A stretch of 63,179 nucleotides of DNA, counting the filler. It is 4 parts of 4 records of this genome, joined end to end, with 100 filler letters (N's around TTAATTAATTAA, not from the genome) between each part and the next. Parts side by side here need not be neighbours in the genome. Positions count along the whole stretch, not along the records: positions 27,930 to 45,186 come from SRR20825010_5545; 3 more parts are not named here. One strand, given 5' to 3'. The position numbers were made by a program, and so were the translations under genes. Within the stretch, counting starts at the first letter, position 1. Each line of letters begins with the position of its first letter. The notes under the pieces are model-generated. The model was not told the origin of the DNA. It did no database searches and worked only from the letters and a program-made list of their open reading frames with translations. Positions 29,758 to 39,467 of this stretch are shown piece after piece.

Positions 29758-30435
29758 TTATAATGTAGCAGTCAGTTCTGCCTCGAACGGTACGATAAAT
29801 TTAAGATCGTGAAACCAATATACGGAGCTGATTACCTCTATAGTGATGGATGTATCGCTCAGTGACTCCCTACTGTACTGCCAAATTATATCCTTGGCAT
29901 CAGGAAAAGCTTGGCCTTCCAATTGATCTGAAAACAATCTATTTAACAAAGTATTCTTAGGCATCCTTGCTACCAATAATCTAATTAGGGATGCTTCAAA
30001 ATCAGACTTGAACACAGACATATTTTCCTTTTTGCCAGCTTCTATTTCAACCTTGAACCTTAGGGCTTCTGGCTGGGGAAATTTGCCATTAAAGGCCTGA
30101 AACAACAGTTGACCGACATTAAAAAATTGTTCGTGCAATGATAAATCCGCATACTCCTCCCACATTTTTTCATGGAGCATTTCATGTGATAAATTGGCAA
30201 TCTGGCTTTTACTTAAAATATCCTTGAACAAATAGCCCAAAACAATTTCTGCAGCTTCAGGAGGCTCAAAATCTGTTAAGGACAACATGCACATTTCCTT
30301 CAAATCTGTAGACGGAATAGTGGCCGTATCCCCAAATTCCATAATATCCAACAACTCCATATAATTGTTTGGGCTCCAAGCATTGGGCAATTCCCGAATG
30401 GTCTCAAATTTTTTAAGTTCAATTTTGAATTTCAT
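29758..30435 (-). CDS. Hypothetical protein
   Basis: 225-aa soluble ORF; no family recognised. Confidence 0.75.
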   Translation of the reverse strand: MKFKIELKKFETIRELPNAWSPNNYMELLDIMEFGDTATIPSTDLKEMCMLSLTDFEPPEAAEIVLGYLFKDILSKSQIANLSHEMLHEKMWEEYADLSLHEQFFNVGQLLFQAFNGKFPQPEALRFKVEIEAGKKENMSVFKSDFEASLIRLLVARMPKNTLLNRLFSDQLEGQAFPDAKDIIWQYSRESLSDTSITIEVISSVYWFHDLKFIVPFEAELTATL

Positions 30436-30605
30436 AATTTTGTCTTTTCTTGCCGTCTAGGCAACCTAAGTTAAGCAAACGAGGGATATTTCAATACTTT
30501 TATTGATTCTTATTGACGTCTTCAAATTAATAACAATACCATATAACAATCCGTAAAATTAAAAGTAAATTTATCCCTATCACAGGCCTTGGAAGAAACC
30601 TATAA

Positions 30606-31850
30606 ATGGAATTTAACTTGAAACCATACATTCTCTTTTTAATCAGTTTTATCAATTGTTCCATCGTCTTCGGACAGCTGCAAAATACCAAAATAGTGTT
30701 TGTTATAGTTGATGGCATTTCTGCTGACGTATTGGAAAAAATAGAAACACCAACGCTCGATACCATTGCCAAGAAAGGTGGCTATACCCGTGCCTACGTT
30801 GGGGGTGAAAAAGATGGCTATTCAGAAACTCCGACTATTTCCGCCGTAGGTTATAACAGCCTGCTTACAGGCACTTGGGCCAATAAACACAATGTATGGG
30901 GCAACAGCATTAAAGATCCTAATTACAATTATTGGACTGTTTTCAGATATGCCAAAGAAAACAGGCCAGAATTGAAAACTGCTATTTTCTCAACCTGGCT
31001 GGACAATAGGACAAAATTAATCGGGGAAGGCCTTCCCCAAACCAACTACCTGAAATTAAATTATCATTTTGATGGGTTTGAATTGGACACAGTGAACTTT
31101 CCACATGACGAGGACCGACTTTACATTCATAAAATAGATGAAAAGGTAGTAGATGAAGCTGCCAGGTATATACAGGCTGAAAGTCCAGATCTTTCCTGGG
31201 TATATCTTGAATATACAGATGATATGGGGCATCGATATGGAGATAGCGAGCAATTTCACAACTCCATTGCCATAATGGACAACCAAATTGGACGCATATA
31301 CAAAGCAATGGATTATAGACGAAAGGAATACGGCGAGGATTGGCAAATATTTATCACTACTGATCATGGCAGGGACAAAGAAACGGGCAAAGGACATGGA
31401 GGGCAATCCGATCGGGAACGCCTTACCTGGATCGTTACCGATGCCGACGATTTAAATGACTATTTTAAGAACGGAACCCCGGGTATAGTCGACATCTTAC
31501 CAGCGATGCTCAGAAGCTTGGAAATCTCACCCGAACCCAACAGGGCGTTTGAAATTGATGGAGTTTCTATCACCGGACCACTTTCCGTAAGTGATTTAAA
31601 AGCAAACATTCAGGGCAAGTATTTAACACTTAGTTGGAAGAACCACAATAGGGACAAAAAGCTCAAAGTTTACCTTAGTACGGAAAATGGTTTTAAAAAT
31701 GGCATATACGACCACTACAAATTGGTTAAAAAAGTGAAGGGGAACACTAATAGTACCAAAATCGATTTAGACAAATATCCTTCCCATTTTTATAAGATTG
31801 TGATAGAAGGAAAGCACAATTCCATCAATGCATGGGTAATGGCTAAATAA
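30606..31850 (+). CDS. Alkaline phosphatase superfamily protein (type I phosphodiesterase / nucleotide pyrophosphatase-like)
   Basis: VIVDGI, TISAVGYNSLLTG, TDDMGH, TTDHG; signal peptide. Confidence 0.88.
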   Translation: MEFNLKPYILFLISFINCSIVFGQLQNTKIVFVIVDGISADVLEKIETPTLDTIAKKGGYTRAYVGGEKDGYSETPTISAVGYNSLLTGTWANKHNVWGNSIKDPNYNYWTVFRYAKENRPELKTAIFSTWLDNRTKLIGEGLPQTNYLKLNYHFDGFELDTVNFPHDEDRLYIHKIDEKVVDEAARYIQAESPDLSWVYLEYTDDMGHRYGDSEQFHNSIAIMDNQIGRIYKAMDYRRKEYGEDWQIFITTDHGRDKETGKGHGGQSDRERLTWIVTDADDLNDYFKNGTPGIVDILPAMLRSLEISPEPNRAFEIDGVSITGPLSVSDLKANIQGKYLTLSWKNHNRDKKLKVYLSTENGFKNGIYDHYKLVKKVKGNTNSTKIDLDKYPSHFYKIVIEGKHNSINAWVMAK

Positions 31851-32184
31851 ATAGGACAATTATTCCATGCCCAATTGGACCACTACCCGGAGCACAGTGT
31901 TAACTATGGAATAGCACAATTCATTGAAACCGATTGTGCAGAAAATCCTACCATTTATACATTTCCAAATTAAACCATTGTTTATACTCCCTATCTTTAT
32001 TGAAGATTAAAATGAAATGATAGCCAACTCCTCAAATCAAACTAATTTTTAAATTAAACTGGCAAGCCTTTTCTGTACTAAGGTTCTCCATTTTAGAATA
32101 ATTATATAATCTATTGAAATAATTGTATAACATATTGCTTCCCCTATTTTCGACATTTGTATAACACCCAAAAAATTATTTATC

Positions 32185-32358
32185 ATGTCACAGATCATAA
32201 GCATTATACTCGTATTGAATCTTTGCTTTGCAGGAGGCACCATTTTTGTAATCCTTCATGGAATGTATATTTCAAAAAAAACACGTTCACTGGATATGGA
32301 CTCTATTCACAATTTGGAAAAAAGAAAAATCAGCGAAGGCCCAAAAAGTCAGTTTTAA
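32185..32358 (+). CDS. Small single-TM protein (57 aa, below the ORF-track cutoff)
   Basis: MSQIISIILVLNLCFAGGTIFVILHGMYISKKTRSLDMDSIHNLEKRKISEGPKSQF*; AT-rich leader. Confidence 0.45.
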   Translation: MSQIISIILVLNLCFAGGTIFVILHGMYISKKTRSLDMDSIHNLEKRKISEGPKSQF

Positions 32359-32681
32359 GGTTTAAGGACCGAAAACGCCCGAAGCCATCCAATGTGAGGC
32401 AAACCCGTGGGGGTACGCAATTAAAAATCCGTAGTTCATATTAAGACGTAATTCCATCCTTTACACCTATGGTTCACGCTATTCTTACAGCGCCTAATAT
32501 TATGGATTTTGAATGCAGGGAAATTAATCATCCGATTTAACAGAACTTTCCCAATTTTACAGTACTTGGCTTATCAGAAACCAAAATGGCAGCCAATTAG
32601 TTTGGCACATCTTACCTATTAAGGAATTTCTTATCCAAACCCAGTTTCAGATCATTAGATCCAATCAATCTTATTGTCAAA

Positions 32682-32697
32682 ACTTGTACGTACAAGT
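32682..32697. promoter_or_regulatory. GntR/HutC-type operator 1
   Basis: Perfect palindrome ACTTGTACGTACAAGT upstream of the Gfo operon. Confidence 0.8.
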
Positions 32698-32842
32698 AAA
32701 ATTCTTATATTTACTAAGTCACTTTTTCAATGACCGTTTGTTGTTTTCATTCAGGTGATGACATTTAGTTACCTGAAAATGCCCGCTTAAAGTGTATAAC
32801 AGAAGATTCAGAACGGCCAAATTGAAATAAAAAAACACCAAT

Positions 32843-34045
32843 ATGAAAATAGCCATATTAGGCTCCGGCTTTATTGCCCGATTTTATGCCGAATCATTAC
32901 ATTCACAAAGACGAAAGGATTATTTGGTGATGGTCTATTCACGTAATGAAAAAAATGCCAAACGGTTTGCAGAGGATTATAACTTGCCACATTACACGAC
33001 CTCTATGGAAGAAGCCATAGCACATCCTGATGTTGAAGTAGTGCTCATATCCCTACCCAATCACCTACATGAGGCAGCCGTTCGTGAATGCGCCAAATAT
33101 AAAAAGCATGTCATTTGCACCAAGCCCTTGGGCCGCACTGCTGAGGAAGCCAAATCTATGTTGGATATGGTTGAAGAAGCTGGAATTTTTGGAGGATACC
33201 TTGAAGACCTGTGCTACACGCCGAAATTCCTAAAATCCATGGCAAGCGTTAAGCGCGGTGAAATTGGCAAAATACTCTGGACAAAATCAAGGGAGGCCCA
33301 CCCTGGCCCACATAGTGATTGGTTTTGGGACAAGGAAAAATCCGGCGGAGGTGCCATCATCGACCTAGGATGCCATTGTGTAGAAATAGGTCGCAATTTT
33401 ATTGGTAAAAATATTAAACCATTAGAGGTCATGTGCTGGGCCGACACCCAAGTACATCCCATCGACGCCGAAGATCATGCCATAGGACTGGTAAAATATG
33501 CCAATGGGGCCATAGGGCAATTCGAAGTTAGCTGGACCTTCCGCGGAGGAATGGATTTGCGAGACGAGGTAATGGGTACCGAAGGTACTATATGGATAAA
33601 CAGCTTTTTACGTACAGGATTCGAAATGTTCACAACCGGAAAAGGAGGTGAAGGCTACGTAGCCGAAAAGGCAGAGTCGAACACTGGTTGGCTATTTCCC
33701 GTTGGGGACGAGGCCCACGAACTGGGGTATCCCCATATGTTTACAGATATGTTTACGGCCATTGAAGAAAACAGACCGCCACTTGAAACATTTTATGACG
33801 GTTATGTGGTGAACGCCATTTTGGACGCCGCCTATAAATCTGCCGAAAGCAAATTATGGGAACCCGTTATTTTGGAAGATTGGCGAGGCGATGAGCCTAT
33901 TGAACAACAAAAAAGCTGGACTTCCTATGACGAGGACCACTATATCATAAAAACAGAGGTCCTTCCCAACGGGGACAATAAAGTAATATTAAAACACAAA
34001 AAAACCGGTGCGGTAACACAAAAAGTAACCCAAACCAATAAATAA
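32843..34045 (+). CDS. Gfo/Idh/MocA NAD(P)-dependent oxidoreductase
   Basis: IAILGSGFIA, LPNHLH, CTKPL, GGGAIIDLGCH. Confidence 0.92.
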   Translation: MKIAILGSGFIARFYAESLHSQRRKDYLVMVYSRNEKNAKRFAEDYNLPHYTTSMEEAIAHPDVEVVLISLPNHLHEAAVRECAKYKKHVICTKPLGRTAEEAKSMLDMVEEAGIFGGYLEDLCYTPKFLKSMASVKRGEIGKILWTKSREAHPGPHSDWFWDKEKSGGGAIIDLGCHCVEIGRNFIGKNIKPLEVMCWADTQVHPIDAEDHAIGLVKYANGAIGQFEVSWTFRGGMDLRDEVMGTEGTIWINSFLRTGFEMFTTGKGGEGYVAEKAESNTGWLFPVGDEAHELGYPHMFTDMFTAIEENRPPLETFYDGYVVNAILDAAYKSAESKLWEPVILEDWRGDEPIEQQKSWTSYDEDHYIIKTEVLPNGDNKVILKHKKTGAVTQKVTQTNK

Positions 34046-34220
34046 AGGCCATTCCTTATAGACCAATGGAAAAGAACAATTGTAAAAAAAATATTCAGAT
34101 TAACCTCCAAGGAACTATTTTGGTACAGCTCGGCTATTCATAGAAAGTATGTTCAGGGGATTAATGTGACTTCTATGCCTACTAACAAGCTAACTTTCCT
34201 TGACAATTATAAAAAACACT

Positions 34221-35006
34221 ATGGACTTTAAAAACAGTACATATATAATAATGGGCGGAACCACAGGAATGGGTCTTGCCGCCGCTATCGCTTTAAAGAA
34301 GAATGGAGCCAACCTTATGGTGGTAGGAAGAAACTTGGATAATTGCGAAAAAGCAAAGGAGATCCTTGGCAAGGGAAGCATTTCCCTGGAAGGTGATGCC
34401 ACTGATCCAAAAACCATCAAAACAGCAATTAAAATGACGCATAAAGCATTTGGACCTATCACTGGATTATTTCATGTTGCTGGCGGAAGTGGCCGAAAAT
34501 GGGGCGATGGTCCATTGGATAAAATAAGTTTGGATGGATGGAACAAGACCATGGAGCTAAACCTGACCTCTTTGATGCTGTCCAACCAAGCTATAATAAA
34601 CTATTTTTTGAAACATAAAAAATCGGGCACCATCTTAAATATGGGATCGGTATTGGGTTACTCACCTTCACCAAAATATTTCACCACCCATGCCTACGCT
34701 GCTGCCAAATCGGCCGTAATTGGGTTTTCCAAGTCCATCGCTGCTTATTATGCCGGGAACAACATTAGAATAAACGTCATTGCCCCCAGTCTTTTTATGA
34801 CTCCCATGGCCCAAAGGGCCGTGAATGATGAAAGGATCATGGCGTTCCTTAAAACCAAGCAACCCTTGGACGGTGGGCGACCTGGGCTTTCTGAAGACAT
34901 CAACAATGCCGTACTTATGTTCCTACATCCGGATTCAAAGTTTATAACCGGACAAGTTTTGGCCGTTGACGGAGGCTGGACTATTAGCGAAGGCCAATAC
35001 CCATAA
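34221..35006 (+). CDS. SDR family oxidoreductase
   Basis: MGGTTGMG, YAAAK, ITGQVLAVDGG; ATG at 34221. Confidence 0.92.
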   Translation: MDFKNSTYIIMGGTTGMGLAAAIALKKNGANLMVVGRNLDNCEKAKEILGKGSISLEGDATDPKTIKTAIKMTHKAFGPITGLFHVAGGSGRKWGDGPLDKISLDGWNKTMELNLTSLMLSNQAIINYFLKHKKSGTILNMGSVLGYSPSPKYFTTHAYAAAKSAVIGFSKSIAAYYAGNNIRINVIAPSLFMTPMAQRAVNDERIMAFLKTKQPLDGGRPGLSEDINNAVLMFLHPDSKFITGQVLAVDGGWTISEGQYP

Positions 35007-35094
35007 GTCTTTGAAAAACAGCCAGGTACAGGGTACATACGGGGCCAAAAGCAAATTAAGTTTTGCCTAAAACCATAATAACTAAAACATTGTA

Positions 35095-35889
35095 ATGAGC
35101 GTAACAAAAGAATATCTAGCAAAGGGAAAAGAAATTATCCAAGTAATTGGGCAACAGGAATCCAAGATTCAGGAAGTGGCCCAAATTTTTGCCCAATCCA
35201 TTTTAAACGGACGAATGGTTCACCTTTTTGGATCTGGACATAGCCGAATGATGGTAGAGGAAATGTGGCCAAGATACGGATCCTTCCCTGGATTCAACCC
35301 CATTGTGGAACTTTCATTATCCTTTCATAATTTGGTGGTCGGGGCCAACGGACAGCGCCAAGCCATGTTTCTTGAAAATGTATCTGGATTGGCCGCAAGG
35401 ATCCTTCGGAATTTTGACACTGATCCAAGGGACACGGCCCTCGTAATTTCTTCCAGTGGCTGTAATGTAGTTCCTATTGAAATGGCAGAAGAATTTCAAA
35501 AAAGAAATATAAAAGTGGTTGCCTTGGTGAGCAAGCTTCACTTGGAAGGCAGTACCTCTAAAAAAACGGACGGCAAAAAACTCACCGATTTTGCCGATTA
35601 TGTATTGGATACCGGAGCACCTTTGGGAGATGCCATGATATACCTAGATGGCATGGATTCTCCAGTTGCACCCGGCTCTACACTAGGTGGAGTTCTGCTC
35701 ATAAACAGTATCAAGGCAGAGGTAGCCAAAATCTTGCATGAGAATGGCAAATCCCCAAAAGTATTGAGTAGTGGAAAAATAGTTGGAGAAAAACGGGCAG
35801 TAGATCTTTTCGAGTCTGCATATGATGAACATGCCCACTTAATGGCAAAATTATATCAAAATGTGGGAAACAAATCTGGTGAAAATTAA
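35095..35889 (+). CDS. SIS-domain sugar isomerase / phosphosugar-binding protein
   Basis: HLFGSGHS, VISSSG.N..PIEMA, PGST. Confidence 0.88.
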   Translation: MSVTKEYLAKGKEIIQVIGQQESKIQEVAQIFAQSILNGRMVHLFGSGHSRMMVEEMWPRYGSFPGFNPIVELSLSFHNLVVGANGQRQAMFLENVSGLAARILRNFDTDPRDTALVISSSGCNVVPIEMAEEFQKRNIKVVALVSKLHLEGSTSKKTDGKKLTDFADYVLDTGAPLGDAMIYLDGMDSPVAPGSTLGGVLLINSIKAEVAKILHENGKSPKVLSSGKIVGEKRAVDLFESAYDEHAHLMAKLYQNVGNKSGEN

Positions 35890-35957
35890 TGGCACGCCAT
35901 CCTTCTACCGTGTTTTTCAATACAATTTCCATTATTAGTAGATAACTAATTTAAAAC

Positions 35958-37316
35958 ATGAACTTTTCAACTGCAATTTCTAAATCGCTTCGTACAGATA
36001 TCCTGGTTATTGGGAGTGGCAGCGCTGGTGCTACCGCCGCCATTGCTGCATCAAACGGGAAGTATAAAGTAACCCTAGTGGAACGCTACGGTTTTCCCGG
36101 TGGCACATCGACCCAAATGCTCGACACTTTTTACGGTTTTTTCACTCCATCGGAATCACCTAGAAAAATTGTTGGGGGCATCCCAGATAAAGTCGTGAAT
36201 GAATTGGACAGATCGGGCAATATTTTTTTACGACCCAATACCTATGGAGCTGGCACAGGAGTGAATTACAACCCTGAAAAACTAAAACAGGTATGGGACC
36301 AACTTTTGATAAAAAGTGGTATTCAATTATTATATCATTCCACCCTAGTGGGAGTGGAAAGCACAGGAGAGGCATCAACCTGCATATTCTTCAATAAGGG
36401 AATGGGCTTTTTTTCCATAACGGCAAACAGGGTCATTGATGCCTCTGGTGATGCCGATTATTGTCATTGGGCAGATATCCCCTATGAACGTGCCGGGGAG
36501 AAGGAATCCGCCCAAAGTATGACCACCACCTTCCGTATGGCCAATGTAGAACAACAAGAGTATGAGTCGGCAGGAGGAAAAAGAATGTTGAAAGAAAGGA
36601 TGGCGGAAGCCTTTGAAAAGGGAACTTATGGCCTTCCGCGTAAAGAAGGATCCGCACATGAAATGTGCCAGCCCAAATGCATTTCCACTGTAGCGGTAAA
36701 AGTAGTGGACCTCGACCCTTTGGACGTAGAGGGCATTACAAAAGCGGAAATTGAAGGGCGCCGACAAGCCTTTATATTTGAAGATTTTTTCAGGGCAGAG
36801 ATACCTGGATACAAGAATTCCAAGATCATTGGACTCTCGCATCAAATTGGTGTTCGGGAAACTCGAAGGGTTTTTGGGGAATACCGTCTTACCAAGGAAG
36901 ATTGTATTGGTGCCAAAACCTTCGAAGATCAGATTTTTCTCTGTGGCGCACCCATTGAAGATCATCGAAAATCGGACGAAGGAGAATCCGAAACTTTTTG
37001 GCAATATGTTCCCAACGGGGGAGCCTATGGAGTGCCTTACGGCACTATTGTACCCAAGGAAAGTCAGAACACTTGGGTCGTTGGCCGTTGTTTCTCGGCC
37101 ACCCATGACGCCCATGCCTCCTGCCGATCAATGGCACAGACAATGAGTATGGGGCAGGCGGCCGGCCTGGCCGCTATAATCTCTATGGATACCGATCAGA
37201 ACGCAAAAAACATCGATATTAACAAACTACAGGGTGGTTTAATACAAATCGGGGCTATTTTGGAAATGCCCGAGAAAGTTGCAGATACCTCAAGACACGG
37301 ATGGAGAAACAATTAA
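35958..37316 (+). CDS. FAD-dependent oxidoreductase (FAD_oxidored-type)
   Basis: DILVIGSGSAG, VERYGFPGG, IDASGDAD, GVRETRR, VVGRCFSATH. Confidence 0.9.
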   Translation: MNFSTAISKSLRTDILVIGSGSAGATAAIAASNGKYKVTLVERYGFPGGTSTQMLDTFYGFFTPSESPRKIVGGIPDKVVNELDRSGNIFLRPNTYGAGTGVNYNPEKLKQVWDQLLIKSGIQLLYHSTLVGVESTGEASTCIFFNKGMGFFSITANRVIDASGDADYCHWADIPYERAGEKESAQSMTTTFRMANVEQQEYESAGGKRMLKERMAEAFEKGTYGLPRKEGSAHEMCQPKCISTVAVKVVDLDPLDVEGITKAEIEGRRQAFIFEDFFRAEIPGYKNSKIIGLSHQIGVRETRRVFGEYRLTKEDCIGAKTFEDQIFLCGAPIEDHRKSDEGESETFWQYVPNGGAYGVPYGTIVPKESQNTWVVGRCFSATHDAHASCRSMAQTMSMGQAAGLAAIISMDTDQNAKNIDINKLQGGLIQIGAILEMPEKVADTSRHGWRNN

Positions 37317-37321
37317 CAATT

Positions 37322-38281
37322 ATGTCTCAAGAGTTTTTTAGAACAGTTTTGGGCGATAAGCCAACTTCGGAAATGGGACTCACTTATTCCCATGAACATA
37401 TCATTATAGACGATAGTTATGTAACTGCTGCCCATCCCGAATTTTTACTCAACGACGTGCATAAAATTTCCGAGGAGCTCAAGAACTTTTATAAGGCGGG
37501 AGGCAGAACCGTTGTAGACACCATGCCGGCCAATAGTGGGCGTAATGTTTTAAAATCGGTTGAAGTAAGTCACGTTAGTGGTGTTAATATAATTGTCCCA
37601 ACAGGAATGCATTTGGAAATTTATTATCCTGAAAACCACTGGAGATATCACTATTCCGAAGATCAATTGACAGAGCTTTTTATAGATGATATTGAAAAAG
37701 GCATTGATCAATTTGATTATTCAGGACCATTTGTAAAAAGGACCCAGCATAAGGCTGGCCTTATTAAATTGGCTACCGGGGATGGACCGATAACTCCCCA
37801 TCAGGAAAAAATCTTTAGGGCCGTCGTAAATGCACATTTGGAAACAGGAGCTCCTATATTAACACATACCAATTTTGGAAAACAGGCCTTGGAACAAGCG
37901 AAACTGTTCGAAAAATTGGGGGCAAATCTCCAACATATAGTGCTTTCCCATGTGGATCGGGCCAAAAAGGTAGATTATAACAAGGCGGTGCTTGATACTG
38001 GAGTTCGGTTGGAGTACGACAGTGCCTTCCGCTGGAAAGATTCAGAACCCAATTATACCCTAAATCTTTTGGAAAATCTACTCCCCCAATATCCAGATCA
38101 AATTACACTGGGAATGGATATGGCAAAAAATGCTTACTGGAAAAGTTATGGAGGCAGTCCCGGGTTAAATTATCTTATAGAGACCATTCCCCAATTTTTA
38201 AAAGCCAAAGGCTTGGAAGAGCATTACAAAAAAGTGTTTTTTGACAATCCGAATAAATTATATGCCTTTTCCCAATCTTAA
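37322..38281 (+). CDS. Phosphotriesterase-related amidohydrolase / lactonase
   Basis: FRTVLG, HEH, IKLA (carbamylated Lys position), THT, SHVD and GMD metal ligands. Confidence 0.9.
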   Translation: MSQEFFRTVLGDKPTSEMGLTYSHEHIIIDDSYVTAAHPEFLLNDVHKISEELKNFYKAGGRTVVDTMPANSGRNVLKSVEVSHVSGVNIIVPTGMHLEIYYPENHWRYHYSEDQLTELFIDDIEKGIDQFDYSGPFVKRTQHKAGLIKLATGDGPITPHQEKIFRAVVNAHLETGAPILTHTNFGKQALEQAKLFEKLGANLQHIVLSHVDRAKKVDYNKAVLDTGVRLEYDSAFRWKDSEPNYTLNLLENLLPQYPDQITLGMDMAKNAYWKSYGGSPGLNYLIETIPQFLKAKGLEEHYKKVFFDNPNKLYAFSQS

Positions 38282-38301
38282 ACCAATAGACTAGGGTCTA
38301 C

Positions 38302-39012
38302 CTACAAAAAGTAACTATTTCGAATAGGATACTCCGTAGTATTGCAATACAGATCACCATATAAATTAAGATGGGGCCTACTGGTTCTGAACCTAATTGA
38401 TATATGTAGAATAGGGGCGCCAACTGCAATCCCCATTTTTTTGGCAATATCCCCGCTAGCCGGCACCGACCTTAGTTCCTGCTCCGCTCCCATAATCTCA
38501 ATTAAGTATTCCTGACTAAGGGTCTTAAAAAAAGATCCCTCCACAAATTCCTCTGACCTTATAGGTTCCAAGGCGTTCAAAGCATACCAATTATTCTCCA
38601 AAACTACAGGTTTGTCGTCTATATAACGAACTCTTTGAAAATAGACACATTTAGAACTCTTTTCGTCCTCGGATAACGGGAAACCAATAATCGGGTCCCA
38701 TTCCACAACTTTAGGCTCCACGGTCACTCTTGTCTTTACCTTATAATCCGTTGAGCCCGAAAAACCCTTGACAGACAAGAGTCCTAGATATTTGCCTCTC
38801 TCCAGCACTTTACTGCCCTTGCCCTGTTCCTTGGCTATAAAACCCTCTTTCAACAGTTCATCCAATGCCTTTCTAACCGTTGTTCTTGTGGTCCCAAATT
38901 GAACACAAAATTCGTTCTCCGAAGGCAAATAACTATCTGGAGGATATTTTTGTGTCTGTATCCGCTTCTTTATATACTCTTGTATCTGATGGTACTTTTT
39001 TATCTTTTTCAC
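38302..39012 (-). CDS. GntR family regulator, HutC/UTRA subfamily
   Basis: LPSENEFCVQFGTTRTTVRKALDEL...QGKGS wHTH plus UTRA domain (RVRYIDDKPVVLE). Confidence 0.93.
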   Translation of the reverse strand: MKKIKKYHQIQEYIKKRIQTQKYPPDSYLPSENEFCVQFGTTRTTVRKALDELLKEGFIAKEQGKGSKVLERGKYLGLLSVKGFSGSTDYKVKTRVTVEPKVVEWDPIIGFPLSEDEKSSKCVYFQRVRYIDDKPVVLENNWYALNALEPIRSEEFVEGSFFKTLSQEYLIEIMGAEQELRSVPASGDIAKKMGIAVGAPILHISIRFRTSRPHLNLYGDLYCNTTEYPIRNSYFL

Positions 39013-39104
39013 TTTCCAAGTTCAACTATGACTGACTAATTTACATTATCTTTTATCCATTATCATACTAATATCCAATAGAATTTTTCCAAAACAAGCA
39101 GATA

Positions 39105-39120
39105 TATTGTATGGACAAGT
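39105..39120. promoter_or_regulatory. GntR/HutC-type operator 2 (upstream of gntR)
   Basis: TATTGTATGGACAAGT, a variant of ACTTGTACGTACAAGT. Confidence 0.65.
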
Positions 39121-39429
39121 TAAAATAAGCAAAAAATTTAAACCATCTAATTTACCGCAAAAGCTTAGCAGGCATGGCCTGATCACCAAACTATTGTAAA
39201 GGTAAAAAAACCGTCTATGGCAAAATCAATTATTGTACAGTGTATAAATGTATCCCTAATGAATTATAGTCCTTCAAATAGAAAACAGTCGATTGGTATT
39301 CCTTTTTCAGCAAGAAGACCCGTACTACCCTCTTCACTTTCACAAGAATGGATTTTTTCAGTAAAAAGAAACTACTGACTGCTATATTAAAATATGAAAA
39401 AAAATCTTATTATTTAAAATTAAATTTTA

Positions 39430-39445
39430 ACTTGTATGCACATGT
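39430..39445. promoter_or_regulatory. GntR/HutC-type operator 3 (upstream of the CxxCH gene)
   Basis: ACTTGTATGCACATGT, 22 nt before ATG 39468. Confidence 0.65.
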
Positions 39446-39467
39446 TGTGAGCTATTTTATATTTTCT

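Noticed and set aside
32157-32444. 95-aa ORF in the track
   Set aside because: TTG start and unnatural basic composition; the overlapping 57-aa TM ORF is more plausible
36375-37115. 246-aa antisense ORF, and similar shadow ORFs such as 19303-19764, 57085-57612 and 60462-61187
   Set aside because: They overlap well-supported genes and show no recognisable motifs
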